Below, piece after piece: positions 23,760-37,000 of a stretch of 64,000 bases of DNA. This stretch comes from Histomonas meleagridis 2922-C6/04-290x (taxonomy: Eukaryota > Protista > Parabasalia), in NCBI GenBank assembly GCA_020184695.1, contig JAANOX010000207.1, forward strand, positions 248,001 to 312,000, in the 5' to 3' direction. The notes beneath the pieces are model-generated. The model was not told the DNA's origin, ran no database searches, and was given only the letters and a program-made list of their open reading frames with translations. The position numbers and the translations under genes are program-made. How positions within the stretch are numbered: position 1 is the first letter of the stretch; each line of letters begins with the position of its first letter.

Positions 23760-25250
23760 CGACAGGACAAATGGAATGACAACAATAAGACTTAAAATGA
23801 AAATATTAAATATTAACTAAAATAATTTGTGTTGTGTTGCATTGTGCTGTATAACAAGAGAGAATCAAAAATGACGCAAGAGAAAAAACAAGAAAGTAAA
23901 CAAGAATAAACTAGAACGTTCTAGTAAGAACAAGGAGAATTAAGAATAAAAAACAAGAATAAATAATGAAGAAGAACAAACAAAGACAATAAAAAAGAAC
24001 AGACAAGAATAAACAATCGAAAATAATATATGAGAATAAATGAGCACAAGGAATAAATGAAAATAAACAAGATCGAACAAGAACAAAAAATGAAAATAAA
24101 TGAAGAAAATGATAAGAATAAAAGATAAAAAACAGTGAATATGAATAAAAATAAGAAATACGAAAAAGCAAAGACAAACAAGAAAAAACAATAAATAAAA
24201 TCGAAAAAGGAGGAAAAAAAATCAAATAAGAATAAACAGGAATAAATGAGAACAAACGACGAATGATCAATAATTATCAGAATCTATTAAAATAAACATT
24301 CAAAAATCAATGACAACGAACAATACATATAAACAAATCATATAAATAAACATGAACAAACAATGAATGAGAATGAATAAATAAGAACAATCAAGAATAA
24401 TGAATGAATAAGCAGGACTAAACAATGAACAAATGAACATAAATCAGAACAAATAAGAATAAAAGAGAATATACTACAAGTTTAAAAATATAATGAATGA
24501 AAATAATCAATGAATAAACAATAATCAAGAACAAATATTGATAAATTGAAAATAATCAATGAATAAATGATATTAAATAGAAATAATCAGAAATAATCTC
24601 TGAATAAACATAATAATCATAGAATTAACAAGAATAATCGAGAATAAATATCAAATTAATGAATATAAACAAAAAATACACAATAAATAAATGATAGCAA
24701 GCAAAAATAAATGAGAATTAATGAAAACAATATATAATAATTAATGAATAAACAAGTAAAAATCAAGGATAATTAAGAACGAATAAGATTTATTAAGAAT
24801 AATCAAGTACAATCAAGTACAAATATCAAATAAATGAGAAAATTCAATGAACAAATGAGAATAAATAAGAATAAATGAGAATGAATAAGAATAATCAAGA
24901 ACAAATGAGTACAAACAAGTACAAAGAATGAACGAAGAAAAATAAACAAGAACGAACAGAAATAAATGAGAATAAGCATAAACAAACAAATTAATAAGTA
25001 TGGATATAGAATATATAAAAAAGCACAAATGATGAATAAATGCGAATAAACATAATCAGATGAGAATAACTTAATAAAAAATTAAGAACAAACAATGAAT
25101 AATCGCGAACAAACAATAAATAAACAATGGATAAACAAGAATAAGCAAGAATAAATATAAATAAATTAAAAAACCAAACCAGAATAAATGAAAACAAACA
25201 ATGAGCAAACAATAATTGAACAATGAAGAATTCTATTAATTGCAATATTA
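23760..25250 (+). repeat. Degenerate A-rich satellite (ACAAGAATAAA / GAATAAATGAGAA-like units)
   Basis: Strong strand bias (e.g. 35/60 A in 24001-24060) and recurring motifs; the overlapping minus-strand F/L/I ORFs are compositional artefacts. Confidence 0.8.
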
Positions 25251-26936
25251 TATTATATTAAATTTATTCAATATATGCTATTACGACAGAATATTCATTT
25301 TTTGTTGATTAAAGTAAATAGTATATCAAGATATTATAATTTTAATTTATAATTGCGAAACAAAACACTCAGAAACAAGTGTATAAACAAAATATTTATA
25401 AGAACAAAATATACTGTTATATGTTTCTCATTATGTACTTTCGATTCATAATAATCATTTTGAAAAATAATACAATTTTATCTAATGCTTATATCTCGAT
25501 AAAAATACAATATTTTTCAAAAATATTTCAATATGCTAATAAGTATCGCATATACTATAATTTGTTATATTCGGAATTTTTTAATTCATACATTTGTTTT
25601 AATGTGTTTCGTATATTCGTGTATCCGGACGGTTAGGATGTCAGGCCGTTCAAAAAGTGAAAAATCGAGGCGATAACCGCGAAAAGTGCGTACAGGTTAA
25701 GCATTTGTCATTAAACATTTATTTGATATAAAAATATATCAGGAATTCTTTTTTTTAGAACTACTTATCGAAACACAACTTATCACAGCACAATCGTTTT
25801 TCTCTAATTAAATATGAATACTAATTGGATAATAAATCTACAATGAATGGAATATATAGAATTTTTTCCATCAGAAGTAAATTTTATAGAAAAAGTAGAT
25901 CCGTCAGAAGACGCTTATTCTCAAAATTAGATATTATATTTTGATACATTACATTTTACAATATTGATCGAATTTTTTTGAATGTTTTATTGTTTCTATC
26001 GTTCGTCACAAGCGTTTTGGGTTGAACAGACAATTGGATTTGAATCGAAAACGATTAAAGGGACCCATTGGAATAAACTACTCAATTAATTTTTTGTCAC
26101 TTTTTATCTGTCAACAATAAAAAATAATAAAAATCAACCAAAAAACATTTTTAATGAAAATAATGAACTGGAACTGAAAGGCTAAGGATTATATTTATTA
26201 GATTTTTCATTATATCTTTAAATATCGTTCGATCCAACTAAGAAAATAATAGATCCGACCAAATATATATTGAATTCCAAAGGAAGAATATCTTATATTT
26301 TAGTCGATAGAAGTTGTTTTAATTGATAAATTTGGTTGTAGTTAGTATTTATTTGATTATATTAATATTAATAAAAAATCCTATGAGCGAATTTTGCAAA
26401 AAAATGATTTTTATTTTAGTAATGTAAAGTATTCAAGCGAACGACTTTTACACTCGTTTTTGATCGTGATTTTCACTTTTTGTATAATTTCCATTTTTTT
26501 CTATACTTTTTGGGTTATGTTTGGCATTCTATCGTGTATAAATATACAGATCTTGATCGTTTGACGTGATTGTCACTCCCTCTGGTTAAACTTTTAGCTT
26601 TTAGTTAGGGGCTTTTATCATAGCCGATATCAATGTGTAATTTTAAGATTTAGTAAATACTATCATTGGGGAATATATACCTGTAAAATATAAAATAATC
26701 CAGAAAATTCAGTTTTTTATGGCTTTTTAATCTCTCAGCTGTACTTCCTGCGCAGGAACATACAAATCAGTTAGTATGGAATTTATACCACAATAGAATG
26801 GTTATATTTTGAGTTTGGAATAATGTTAATGTTATCTCAAAACTCTTTTGCTCCTTTCCATAGACACATGTTAACATTTTGAAAAATTTACGTTTTGATT
26901 CTATAACAATTTCATTAATTTCTTATTTTAGTTAAG

Positions 26937-28307
26937 TTAATTACCTTCTTGACCGAATTCTTTTGTCCATTTCTCATATTGAATGAGGTCTTGTTTAGAA
27001 ACTGATGGGCGCACTTTTTGGATACTCTGGCGGAAGTCATCTATCGTTAGCGAAGGAGGCTTAAGCATCGCCAATTGCGCTGGCGACATTTCGAGGACTG
27101 TCATGTGCATTGAGCCTGGCGTGCCCGGGTTACATGGGTATAATTGCCCTTGGTACTCAACGAAGTTTTCTGCTTGTTGGATACGGTTCACTGGCGCCAT
27201 AGCTGCATCGCGTGCCAAAATGTTCATATCTGCACCTGAATATCCGTCTGTCAAACGCGCAATTTCTTGAATGTCTTGTTCAGTTAAATCTGATGGTGTA
27301 CCTTTGGTCTTAAGTCTTACAAGCGCAAGACGTGCTTCATAATCTGGCAATGGAATATAAATTTTCTTTTCGAAACGTCGCCTAACTGCTGGATCAAGAC
27401 CCCATGGAATGTTTGTAGCTGCAAGAATTAATATACCTGTCATAGACTTGCCAACGCCATCCATTTGAATCAAAAATTCGGTCTTAATACGACGTGCACC
27501 TTCTGAATCATTCTCTGATCGTTCTGAAAGAAGTGAATCAATTTCATCAATAAAGACAATGGCTGGCGCATTATCACGGGCGGTATCAAATAATGCACGA
27601 ATAAGTTTTTCTGACTCACCAACCCACTTAGAAACAAGATCTGATGTGGAAACTGTCAAGAAGGTGGAATTGTTAGCTTCTGTGGCTGTGGCTTTGGCTA
27701 AAAATGATTTACCTGTACCGGGTGGACCATAAAGAAGAATACCACGCCAAGGTGTTCGTTGACCTGTAAAGAATTGTGGAATCTTCATAGGCAAAATAAC
27801 AGCTTGAATCAAATTTCGTTTGGCTTCTTCTAATCCTGCAACATCTGTCCACTTAATATTTGGTTTTTCGACAAGAATAGCGCTCGAAATTTTATCTTTG
27901 AATTCGCCACTTTCATCATCTTTCTTATTACCGCCTTTGCCGCCGCCACCTCCAGATCCACCTGATCCTCCATGGCCACCTGAACCACCATTGCCTCCAC
28001 TTCCACCACCCGGGCGTGCTTTTGATGTTCCACCACCTGAACTTTCTTGTGCTGGAACTTGTTGGATATTATCTAAAGCACTAGCACGTTCTTCACATTG
28101 TTGCATACGTTGAATGCAGCAATCTTTTAAATTTTGGTTCAAAGTAGGTTGATCAGATGCTAACTTAAACTTGGCTTTAGCATTATTATAATATCTTTTG
28201 GCTTCAATATAATTGCCTGACCTATCAAATGCTACGGCATTCTGGAGAAGCTTATTGGCTTCCGTCATGTACATCATGCCATTATCACGGCCGCGACTGT
28301 TGTGCAT
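26937..28307 (-). CDS. VPS4: Vps4/SKD1 AAA ATPase
   Basis: N-terminal MIT-like domain (A..A...D....Y.EA), GPPGTGKS, IVFIDEID, DLVSKWVGESEK, beta-domain YPC.PG.PG, C-terminal YEKWTKEFGQEG. Confidence 0.95.
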   Translation of the reverse strand: MHNSRGRDNGMMYMTEANKLLQNAVAFDRSGNYIEAKRYYNNAKAKFKLASDQPTLNQNLKDCCIQRMQQCEERASALDNIQQVPAQESSGGGTSKARPGGGSGGNGGSGGHGGSGGSGGGGGKGGNKKDDESGEFKDKISSAILVEKPNIKWTDVAGLEEAKRNLIQAVILPMKIPQFFTGQRTPWRGILLYGPPGTGKSFLAKATATEANNSTFLTVSTSDLVSKWVGESEKLIRALFDTARDNAPAIVFIDEIDSLLSERSENDSEGARRIKTEFLIQMDGVGKSMTGILILAATNIPWGLDPAVRRRFEKKIYIPLPDYEARLALVRLKTKGTPSDLTEQDIQEIARLTDGYSGADMNILARDAAMAPVNRIQQAENFVEYQGQLYPCNPGTPGSMHMTVLEMSPAQLAMLKPPSLTIDDFRQSIQKVRPSVSKQDLIQYEKWTKEFGQEGN

Positions 28308-29000
28308 GTTTTGCGACTTTGCTTTAAATGTTTTTGATTTTTCTTTTCAACCGTTTGATCCTAACGGTTAAATATGTTTGGCTTTGTCACTTTTATAAAC
28401 GACCCAAAACGGTGATGTAAAATATTTAAAAATAACCGAATTTTCTGTTAAAAAATTAACTTTTTGATAGAAACCGACGCAATTGATTCGAATCTGGTTT
28501 GTAAATAACCGTTATGGTAAAAATCCCTGTAATGGGGTGCCTCAACATGGTTTTCATTCTTTTTTCGGTATTTAAAGAGGGGCATGAAATGTCAATTGAA
28601 TTGTATACTTTATCGATACGCGAATAATGATAAATAAAGCACGCGTGCTACAACCCACAATGCATGGCACAAACAATATTCACACCAACATTATCACTGC
28701 TAAATCAGCTATGAAAAACATAATGTTTTAGATTCAAATCAAGATAACACAAAATAAATTATCATTATAATATAAGTTCAAAATAAAAACAAAAAAGAAA
28801 AAAATTAATTTTTATAAAATTTTGCAATTTCGAAAGAACTAATTGATAATCAATGATTGATTTCTTAAACATTAAAAAAATGGTAATTTATATATATATA
28901 TATATATAAGGTAATGAAAAAACAATATTTCCCACATATCCAAATAACAGTTAAACAGTTTAAATTTAAAAATATTTCAAAGTAAAATGAGTTATTTATT

Positions 29001-32000
29001 TCAACCTGTAGTTGGTGGAAGGTTTCTCTTTTTCTTATTATGTATCACTATAATTATAATAGTTATAACAATTATCACAAATGCAATACAACCAACGATA
29101 ATTCCAATCAAAACTCCATTACTCAATCCTAATGTTTTATTATTACTATTGCCATTACTAATATTAATGAAATTTTTAAGACTGTCGTCAACTTTAATAT
29201 TACTTCCATCAGATTTAGTTGGAATAATTGTAATATTAATACCATTCGGTAAATGTAATTCACCTTTTTGTCCTTTAACCACAGATAAAATAGAATCTTG
29301 TGGACGACTTGTTTGTATATCAATTTGCATATCATCTTCTAATTTAACTTTTTTAGAATTACCTCCGAAAGTTTTTAGTAAAATTTCTTGGTTATAAATT
29401 TCTATTGATGAAATTATATTGTCATCAATTAATGTTAAATAAGTTGCAGTCAATGTTTCATTATAAGATTCGAAATCAATAACTAATTCATAAACATTTA
29501 AAGTATAATCATTCATAATTAAATTAACGTTTGTAAGATTCAAATAATCGAAATCAATTTTATCTGCATCTCCTTCATCACCAAGTTTTATCGTTAAATC
29601 TTTAGCTGTTAGTTTCAATTCAGATTCAAATAAGCCAGAATCAGAAATATTCATTAACTCAACAATATGTTTTGGACCATTTTTATTAAGTAATTCTAAA
29701 GATAAATTAGCAAATGTTAAATATAATGCTGGAATTCTTACATTCATATCAATATAAGTAGTTGTATTATTAACATAAGTCACTAAGCCAAATAATTTGT
29801 TAATATCATTGTAAGTGTTTTGCTTACTACATATGTTTGAATTAGAACATTTATTATTGTCACAGAAACAAATTGGTCCATCATAAGGTTCATTAACTAA
29901 GTATATTAAGAAATTAGTTTGATTTGCAAAATTGTTTATAATCATGAAATAATGATCTTCTTCGGAAATAACTATTGGATAATTTTTATAATCAAATGAA
30001 TAATAAGATAATTGGGAAATTGGTCCAAACATTGGATAATTAATCACTGGAATATGTAAACCATAATTTGCTAATGCTGGAATATAATTATCTGGTGATC
30101 CCATTTCCCAAATCATTGAATTATTATTCCAACCATTTAATGCAATTGTTGTTATTATCATTTTATCATAATCATTAATATGCGAGAATTTGAAATATCG
30201 AATTTCATTTGGTGGAACTGTAATTATCGTATGATTATAAAATGATTCTAAATTTTGAATATATTGTGTACATAATTGACCTGTATAATTTTCAGAACAT
30301 ACATATCTTCCATTTTCACATCTAATACTATTATTTATTTGAGACAAAACACATTTGTCTGTATTGTTCATTTCAATATAAATTGGATTTGTTGTAATAT
30401 TATCATGTTCAAATGGTCCAACTGCAGATATAACATAACGTACCTTATCATCTTGAATATTAATATTTGTAATTACATGTATTTCATATTGTCCTAAAAC
30501 AATTTCTGATTGAGGAATTATAACTTTTTCATTTAATGTTAAATGTTCTGTATCATTTGTATGATTATTACCTTTATAAATTTTACCATTTGGTGATTTA
30601 ACAATTAAATCTAAATCATAATAAATGGGGATAAATGAATCTAAACTAAGAGGTATATCAACTGAAGATAAAACAATTCTAAGAGATGTTGTTTGTGATG
30701 TAACTGCAATATAACCAACATGATGCGTTTGGCCAATTTCCATTTTATTGATTTTTGAAATACGTAAACCAAAATCTGAATCATTAAATGGCAAAATTGA
30801 AGAAATATTAATTGCACCATGTCCAATATAACAATCAGGCGTTGAAGTTCCATCATTTTTAGAGGCAGAATTGATTAATAATGATCGTAATAAAAATGAA
30901 TTTATTTCGACTGTTTCATTTATATAATGGCCGTCTGTTAAATATTGTGAAATTAATGCTGCAGCACCTGCGGCATTGGGTGTAGCCATTGATGTGCCTG
31001 ACATTATTGTTAAATGTTGTTTAAAATCTGTTTCATTTGAGCCATGATTTTTATCAATTATTGTTGATGAATTTGCACTATAAATATCAGTACCAGGAGC
31101 CATTATATCTGGTTTAATAATTCCACTTAATGTAGGACCTACTGATGAAAAGCCAACTTTTTTTATATGTTTAAGGGGTATTATTTTATCATATGTTGTG
31201 TTTACATTGATTTTTTTACCAACATAGTCAAGTAAAATATTATCTTGATAGGTAAATAAGAAATTAGCTTGAAATAACAATAAAACATCACTTAATTTTT
31301 CAACTAATTCTTTGTTTATATCGAATATAATTCCAGATATTGAATATATTTTTATTTGTTGCAATATTTGTGGTAAAACACTGATAATATTTTTTGTTTC
31401 TTTTATACCAATATAAAGTAATTTTTCTGTTTCTTTTGCTGAAGTAAAATCATTTACATCTGAAAGTAAAATTATATTTGGCATTTGAACAAGAGAAGTA
31501 TCGGGTTGATCAGACATGTAATATAATGGAATCTTTTGGTTACCAATCAAAACAGAAATATTAAAGTTTGAATACCCAAAAATTCTATCTGCTGCTGCAA
31601 CAGAAAGAACGTTTTTACCTGCTGAAGGATAATTAATAGAATAATATGGATGTGTAGATCCTTCATTACCAGCAGCATATAAATATACGCAACTTTGCCC
31701 TGAATTGTTATAATATACAATCGAATCAATATTTCCTTCAGTAACTGTTCCCATATAATCAACTGCATCTTCATAGCCCCATGAATTCGAAAATGAAATT
31801 GCTTTTCCTTCATATAATCTTTTATCAAGTATATCAGAATTAAAGAAATTTTCATTTTTTGTATTTTCAAATCTTCCTAAATACATTAATTTTGATTCTG
31901 GTGCAATACCATTATATGAATTAATTTTACTATCTTCATCAAGCGCTTTACCTGAAATTATTCCTGCAACATGTGTACCATGTGATTCTTTAGTCATTAC

Positions 32001-32786
32001 TTGATAATATTTTGTTTCATTTTGAAATTCATTATAGAAATATGTGAATTTTCTATGATTTGAAATATTTTGATTAAATAATAAAGTTACATTTGAATCA
32101 TAAAATAAAGTATGATAATAATCAATTTCTAAATCAAGAAATGCTACAACTTGATCTTTTCCATTAATGCCTTTACTTTCTAAATATCGGGGAATTCCTA
32201 AGTTATTGAATTTATCTAATGTAATATTCTCAGAATTTAATTGGGAAAAACCTGCTGCCATATTATTAGTTGATTTTGGATATGTGTATTTACCAATATG
32301 TTCAACTTCATTTATATGAGATAAATATTTGGCTGTTTCTTTGGGTTTATTGGTTTCAACAATAAGTGAATTTGATGTTTTATATAAAACTTCAAATAGT
32401 TTTGAATCAATAGGCACACCATTTTCAAATGAACCTTGTGCATATATATATTTAGCAGTACTAACTTCAGTACGATCATAAATCTTGTCTTTTGGTCGGA
32501 TTATATCTAACATTGCAACACTTTTAAGATAAGAAATTTGTGCTGGATCTAAATAAAGTTTATAAACATTTTTATACACAAGAGAACCTGAACACAAATT
32601 AATTCCATGTGCTTTGATTTGATCATAATTCAAAGTATCATTAAAATATGCATATACCCATGCATTTTGACCTGATTGAATTTTTTTTTGATTTTTTGAA
32701 TCAAACGTAATTCTCTTTCCCATGGCAGTTAAAAGCTTAAGCTTGCAATTTGTTGCAAAACAAAGATAAAGTAAAAGATATATCAT
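29001..32786 (-). CDS. Type I membrane subtilisin-like (S8) serine peptidase with EGF-like segments
   Basis: Signal peptide; catalytic D (AFLDLEID), HGTHVAG, AAGN, GTSMATP; KPDIMAPG; CENGRYVCSENYTGQLC; C-terminal TM GVLIGIIVGCIAFVIIVITIIIIVI followed by a basic tail. Confidence 0.93.
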   Translation of the reverse strand: MIYLLLYLCFATNCKLKLLTAMGKRITFDSKNQKKIQSGQNAWVYAYFNDTLNYDQIKAHGINLCSGSLVYKNVYKLYLDPAQISYLKSVAMLDIIRPKDKIYDRTEVSTAKYIYAQGSFENGVPIDSKLFEVLYKTSNSLIVETNKPKETAKYLSHINEVEHIGKYTYPKSTNNMAAGFSQLNSENITLDKFNNLGIPRYLESKGINGKDQVVAFLDLEIDYYHTLFYDSNVTLLFNQNISNHRKFTYFYNEFQNETKYYQVMTKESHGTHVAGIISGKALDEDSKINSYNGIAPESKLMYLGRFENTKNENFFNSDILDKRLYEGKAISFSNSWGYEDAVDYMGTVTEGNIDSIVYYNNSGQSCVYLYAAGNEGSTHPYYSINYPSAGKNVLSVAAADRIFGYSNFNISVLIGNQKIPLYYMSDQPDTSLVQMPNIILLSDVNDFTSAKETEKLLYIGIKETKNIISVLPQILQQIKIYSISGIIFDINKELVEKLSDVLLLFQANFLFTYQDNILLDYVGKKINVNTTYDKIIPLKHIKKVGFSSVGPTLSGIIKPDIMAPGTDIYSANSSTIIDKNHGSNETDFKQHLTIMSGTSMATPNAAGAAALISQYLTDGHYINETVEINSFLLRSLLINSASKNDGTSTPDCYIGHGAINISSILPFNDSDFGLRISKINKMEIGQTHHVGYIAVTSQTTSLRIVLSSVDIPLSLDSFIPIYYDLDLIVKSPNGKIYKGNNHTNDTEHLTLNEKVIIPQSEIVLGQYEIHVITNINIQDDKVRYVISAVGPFEHDNITTNPIYIEMNNTDKCVLSQINNSIRCENGRYVCSENYTGQLCTQYIQNLESFYNHTIITVPPNEIRYFKFSHINDYDKMIITTIALNGWNNNSMIWEMGSPDNYIPALANYGLHIPVINYPMFGPISQLSYYSFDYKNYPIVISEEDHYFMIINNFANQTNFLIYLVNEPYDGPICFCDNNKCSNSNICSKQNTYNDINKLFGLVTYVNNTTTYIDMNVRIPALYLTFANLSLELLNKNGPKHIVELMNISDSGLFESELKLTAKDLTIKLGDEGDADKIDFDYLNLTNVNLIMNDYTLNVYELVIDFESYNETLTATYLTLIDDNIISSIEIYNQEILLKTFGGNSKKVKLEDDMQIDIQTSRPQDSILSVVKGQKGELHLPNGINITIIPTKSDGSNIKVDDSLKNFINISNGNSNNKTLGLSNGVLIGIIVGCIAFVIIVITIIIIVIHNKKKRNLPPTTG

Positions 32787-34087
32787 TTTTTTCAGGTAAT
32801 GATTTTTTTTTTCAATTAGATTACTTAATATATGTTATCTCAAAAATTGAAAACAGCTGTAAAAAAAAATCATCAAACAGAAAATTGAATGAAAACAACG
32901 CTGAAGTATCTACCAATTGTTCTGAAGACAAGTTAAATTGAAAGTCACTGGATACATTTGTCATCTTTCAGGAGGAGGTTTGGCATTTAAATTCATTCGA
33001 TATTATTCAAAATATAGTTTTTGAGGAACGAACACAGACATCTGTCCAACATCAGTAATATCAATAAATATTTTATTTTGTATTTGTCTATCTTTAAAAT
33101 ATTGTGATTTAATTGTTTTGTAAAAATGCTAGCGTTAATTAAATGATTTTTTTTTATAGATGCCTATTAAATTGCTTCCAAAATTTATCTCATCAAAGCC
33201 ATGATATAATAAAATTAAAATTCATAAATTGAAAGGAAACTTCAGAGCGTTTGTGATGATAAATAAAAATGGGAAACGAGGTTTTAATAGCATAGATTTT
33301 CTAATGGAATAACATGAAATTCATTTTGCTTTTGATAAAAAAACAATGGTGTTTCGCTAATGATCGATTCTCGACTTTTTGCAAAAAAAAGTGATACATC
33401 ATTTCCCTATACGAATGGACCACCTGAAGATTCAATTCTGAAACTTTTTCATAATATAGTCGATGACGATAGACAATAAAAAGTGTCGACAGAAAAAAGC
33501 ATTTTGTACATGTCTTTGAAAGAATATACACACACAATATATAACATATTTAAAATAAGAATATCACTCCAAATACATTTATAAAACAATTTTGTTGATT
33601 GTTTAAGTAGATTAATATATGAAAACTTTTAAAACATTCATTTTTCTATAATAAGTTTTATAGTATTTAAATTTCTTATGGATTTGATAACACAATTAAG
33701 AAGCAACTTCTTTGGTCAAATATAGATACAAAATTAAATTAGGAATGTATAATTATACAATAAATGAAATGCTTCTTTCAGACAGAACGATTATTCCATA
33801 TACAAAAAGTATATACTCGCCAAATATTTGAAGGCTAAATTACGGTTAAATAATCGTCGTAAAAAATTATACTTATTCTCGAAACTGATAATATTAATTT
33901 CATTTTAATTCATATTTCAAATTTGGTCACATTTACGTGTATATTTGTGAATGAGAATTATTGCAAAATACCAAAAAAATTTCCAAATTTTTCGAAATAT
34001 TCAACTTTAGAATAAAACTACCATATATTCGAATAATTAAGCTATAGGTAATATCGTTTTAATAAAAATATTTTGGATATTTTAAAT

Positions 34088-37000
34088 ATGCATGCTAGAA
34101 AAAGTGATTACAAAATTTCTGAAGGGACATCTCCAAAAGTCAGAACCACTCTACAAATGTCAAAGCTGAAGCCCGAACTTGTTTACTCAGGAATTTTAAT
34201 TGCTTTTTTTGGAGCATTCTCTCTAATGTCAAGAATGAAAACTAGAAAAAAAAATGGAAAAAAGGAAACAACAGAAGAAGAAGAAAATTCGCAAGATTCT
34301 GAATCAACACCATCCGAAAACGAAGAACAAAATGATGAGGAAATGATTGAAAGAGATGTTGATTTAGATTTTTCTTCATATAGTGAAAATTCGTCAGATT
34401 CAGATTCTCGAATCAATTTTTTAGAAAAAGAAGTTGAAAGACTCAAAAAAGAAAACCAAAGCCTAAGACGAAAAATAGATCCAAAATTAATTGATGAACA
34501 AACCCCAGATAACTCTTCCATTAATGATGAAATGTCAACACTTCGGGCTGAATATCGTCAAAAGTTTAAAGCTCTCCAAGAAAAAGAAAATGACATCAAT
34601 AATCAATACACACAATTATCTTTAGAGAAATCCAAAATTCAAGAACTCAAAGCACAACTTGAGAATCAAAAACAAGTTTGGAAGCAAGAGAATGATTTAG
34701 AATCAAAAAAGAATAAGAAAATACAAGAAGCACTTCAGAAAGCACAATCACAATTCGAAATCAGCAAAAAGAAAGCACTTGCAGAAGTCTCAAAACAGAA
34801 AAAGGAACTTGAAGATGAACGTTCTTCCATTGCCAAAAACGCTGATATTGCCCGACAAGAACTTACACAACGTGAAAAAGCTCATCAAGCTCGAGTTGCG
34901 ACACTTAATTCGATGAAAGAAGAATTAGCAAAAGAACGGAAACAACTTAACAATGAAAAAGATGAATTTAATCAACAAAAAGCAGAGTTTTTAGAGCGAT
35001 TAGCTAATTTAGATAATAAAAATTATTTGTCGCGCTTAACACAAACAGATAAAACATATGAAGATATCGAAAAAGAAGAAGAAAAAATTCAAAATCTAAT
35101 GAAGCAAATGGAATTAGAAAAAGAAAAAATTAAAAGAGAACAAAATCAGTTAGAAGAAAATAAAAATAAAGATAATGAAGAAAGACAAAAAATGATAAGA
35201 AATTTACAATTGTTAAATGAAGAAAAAGAAAAATTAGAAAAAGAAAATCAAGAATTACAGTTCAGAACATTAGAAATGAACAGAATAAATGAGAAAATGA
35301 AAGAAGACGAAGAATTTATTAAAAGCGAATTGGAGAAATTAACAGGCGAAAAAGAAAATTTGAAAAATGAGAAAAAGAAAATCGAAGAAGAAAAAGAAAT
35401 AAATGAAAAGGAATTAGAAAGAATTAAAAATGAAAATGAAAAACTTTTAAATGAAAAGGAACAATTCCAAAAGAACAAAGATGAATTTAATAATAAAGAA
35501 AACGAATTACAAAAAGAAAAAGAAAATTTCGAGAAAGAAAAAGAATCATTTAAGCAAAAAGAAGAAGAATTCAATAACGAAAAGAATAAATTAAATAAAG
35601 AAAAAGAAGAATTTAATAACAAAGAAAATGAATTCGAAAAGAATAAAGAAGAATTCGATAAAGAAAAGGAACAATTTAAATCTGATAAAGAACAATTCAA
35701 TAATGAAAAGAATGAATTAAATAAAGAAAAAGAAGAGTTAAATAACAAAGAAAATGAATTCAAGAAAGAAAAAGAACAATTTGAACTTGATAAAGAAGAA
35801 CTTAATAATGAAAAGAATAAATTAAATGAAGAAAAAGATAAACTAAATAAAGATAAAGAAGAGTTTGAAGAAGAAAAAGAAAAATACAAACTCCATCAAA
35901 TTGCAACAGGTGAAGGATTAGAAGAGATTGAGAAAGAAAAGGAAAGGCTCAAGCAAAAGGAGAAAGAATTAAATAAGGAGAAAGAAGAACAAGAAAATGA
36001 AAAAGAGAAACTTAAACAAAAAGAAGAAGAACTTAATAAAGAAAAGGAAAAGCACGAACACGAAAGAGAAGAGTTCGAGAAACAAATAGAAGAACATAAA
36101 CGTGAACATGATGAATTAGAGAAAGAGAAAGAAGAATTTAATAAACAAAAGGAAGAACACAAACAAAAAGAGGAAGAATTCGAAAAGCAAAAAGAAGAAT
36201 TTAATAACAAACTCGAAGAAGAGAAAAATAAAATTAGACAAAAAGAAGAGGAACTTGAAAAAGAGAAAGAAGAACATATACATGAAATTGAAGAGGAAAA
36301 AGAGAAACTTAAACAAAAAGAAGAAGAACTTGAGAAAGATAAAGAAAAGTTTGAGAACGAGATCAAAGAAGAGAAAAATAAAGTTAAGCAACGAGAGGAA
36401 GAACTTGATAAAAGCAAAGAAGAGTTTGAGAAACAAAAAGAAGAATATAAACATGAAATTGAAGAAGAAAAAGAAAAACTTAAACAAAAAGAAGAAGAAC
36501 TTGAAAAAGAGAAAGAAGAACATATACATGAAATTGAAGAAGAAAAAGAAAAACTTAAACAAAAAGAAGAAGAACTTGAAAAAGAAAAAGAGGAAATTAA
36601 ACGACAAAGGGAATTACTTGAAGAAAAGGAACGTGATCTTGCAAGAAGAGAGAAAGAGCTTCAGGATGCAATCAGAGATTTCGAGAATATAAAGAATGCA
36701 TCTAAAATGGCTGAGGATGAATATTCTGCTGAACTTCTTAAGTTCGAAGAAGCTCGGTCAAAGCTTAATCGCGAACAAGAAGAACTCGAACAGGAAAGAA
36801 ATAGAATTGAAAACGAAAAATCTGAATTAGAAAAATCAAAGAACCAAATCGAAGAACGCGAAAAATCATTTGAAGAAAGAAATGCACAACTTGAAGAAGA
36901 TTTAACCAAATTAGAAAAGGAAAGAGAAGAGTTTAATAATGAAAAGAATAAACTTAATGAAGAAAAAGAAGAATTTAATAATGAAAAGAACAAATTCAAT

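Noticed and set aside
23911-25245. F/L/I-rich membrane-protein-like ORFs on the minus strand
   Set aside because: Artefacts of the A-rich satellite, open in several frames at once.
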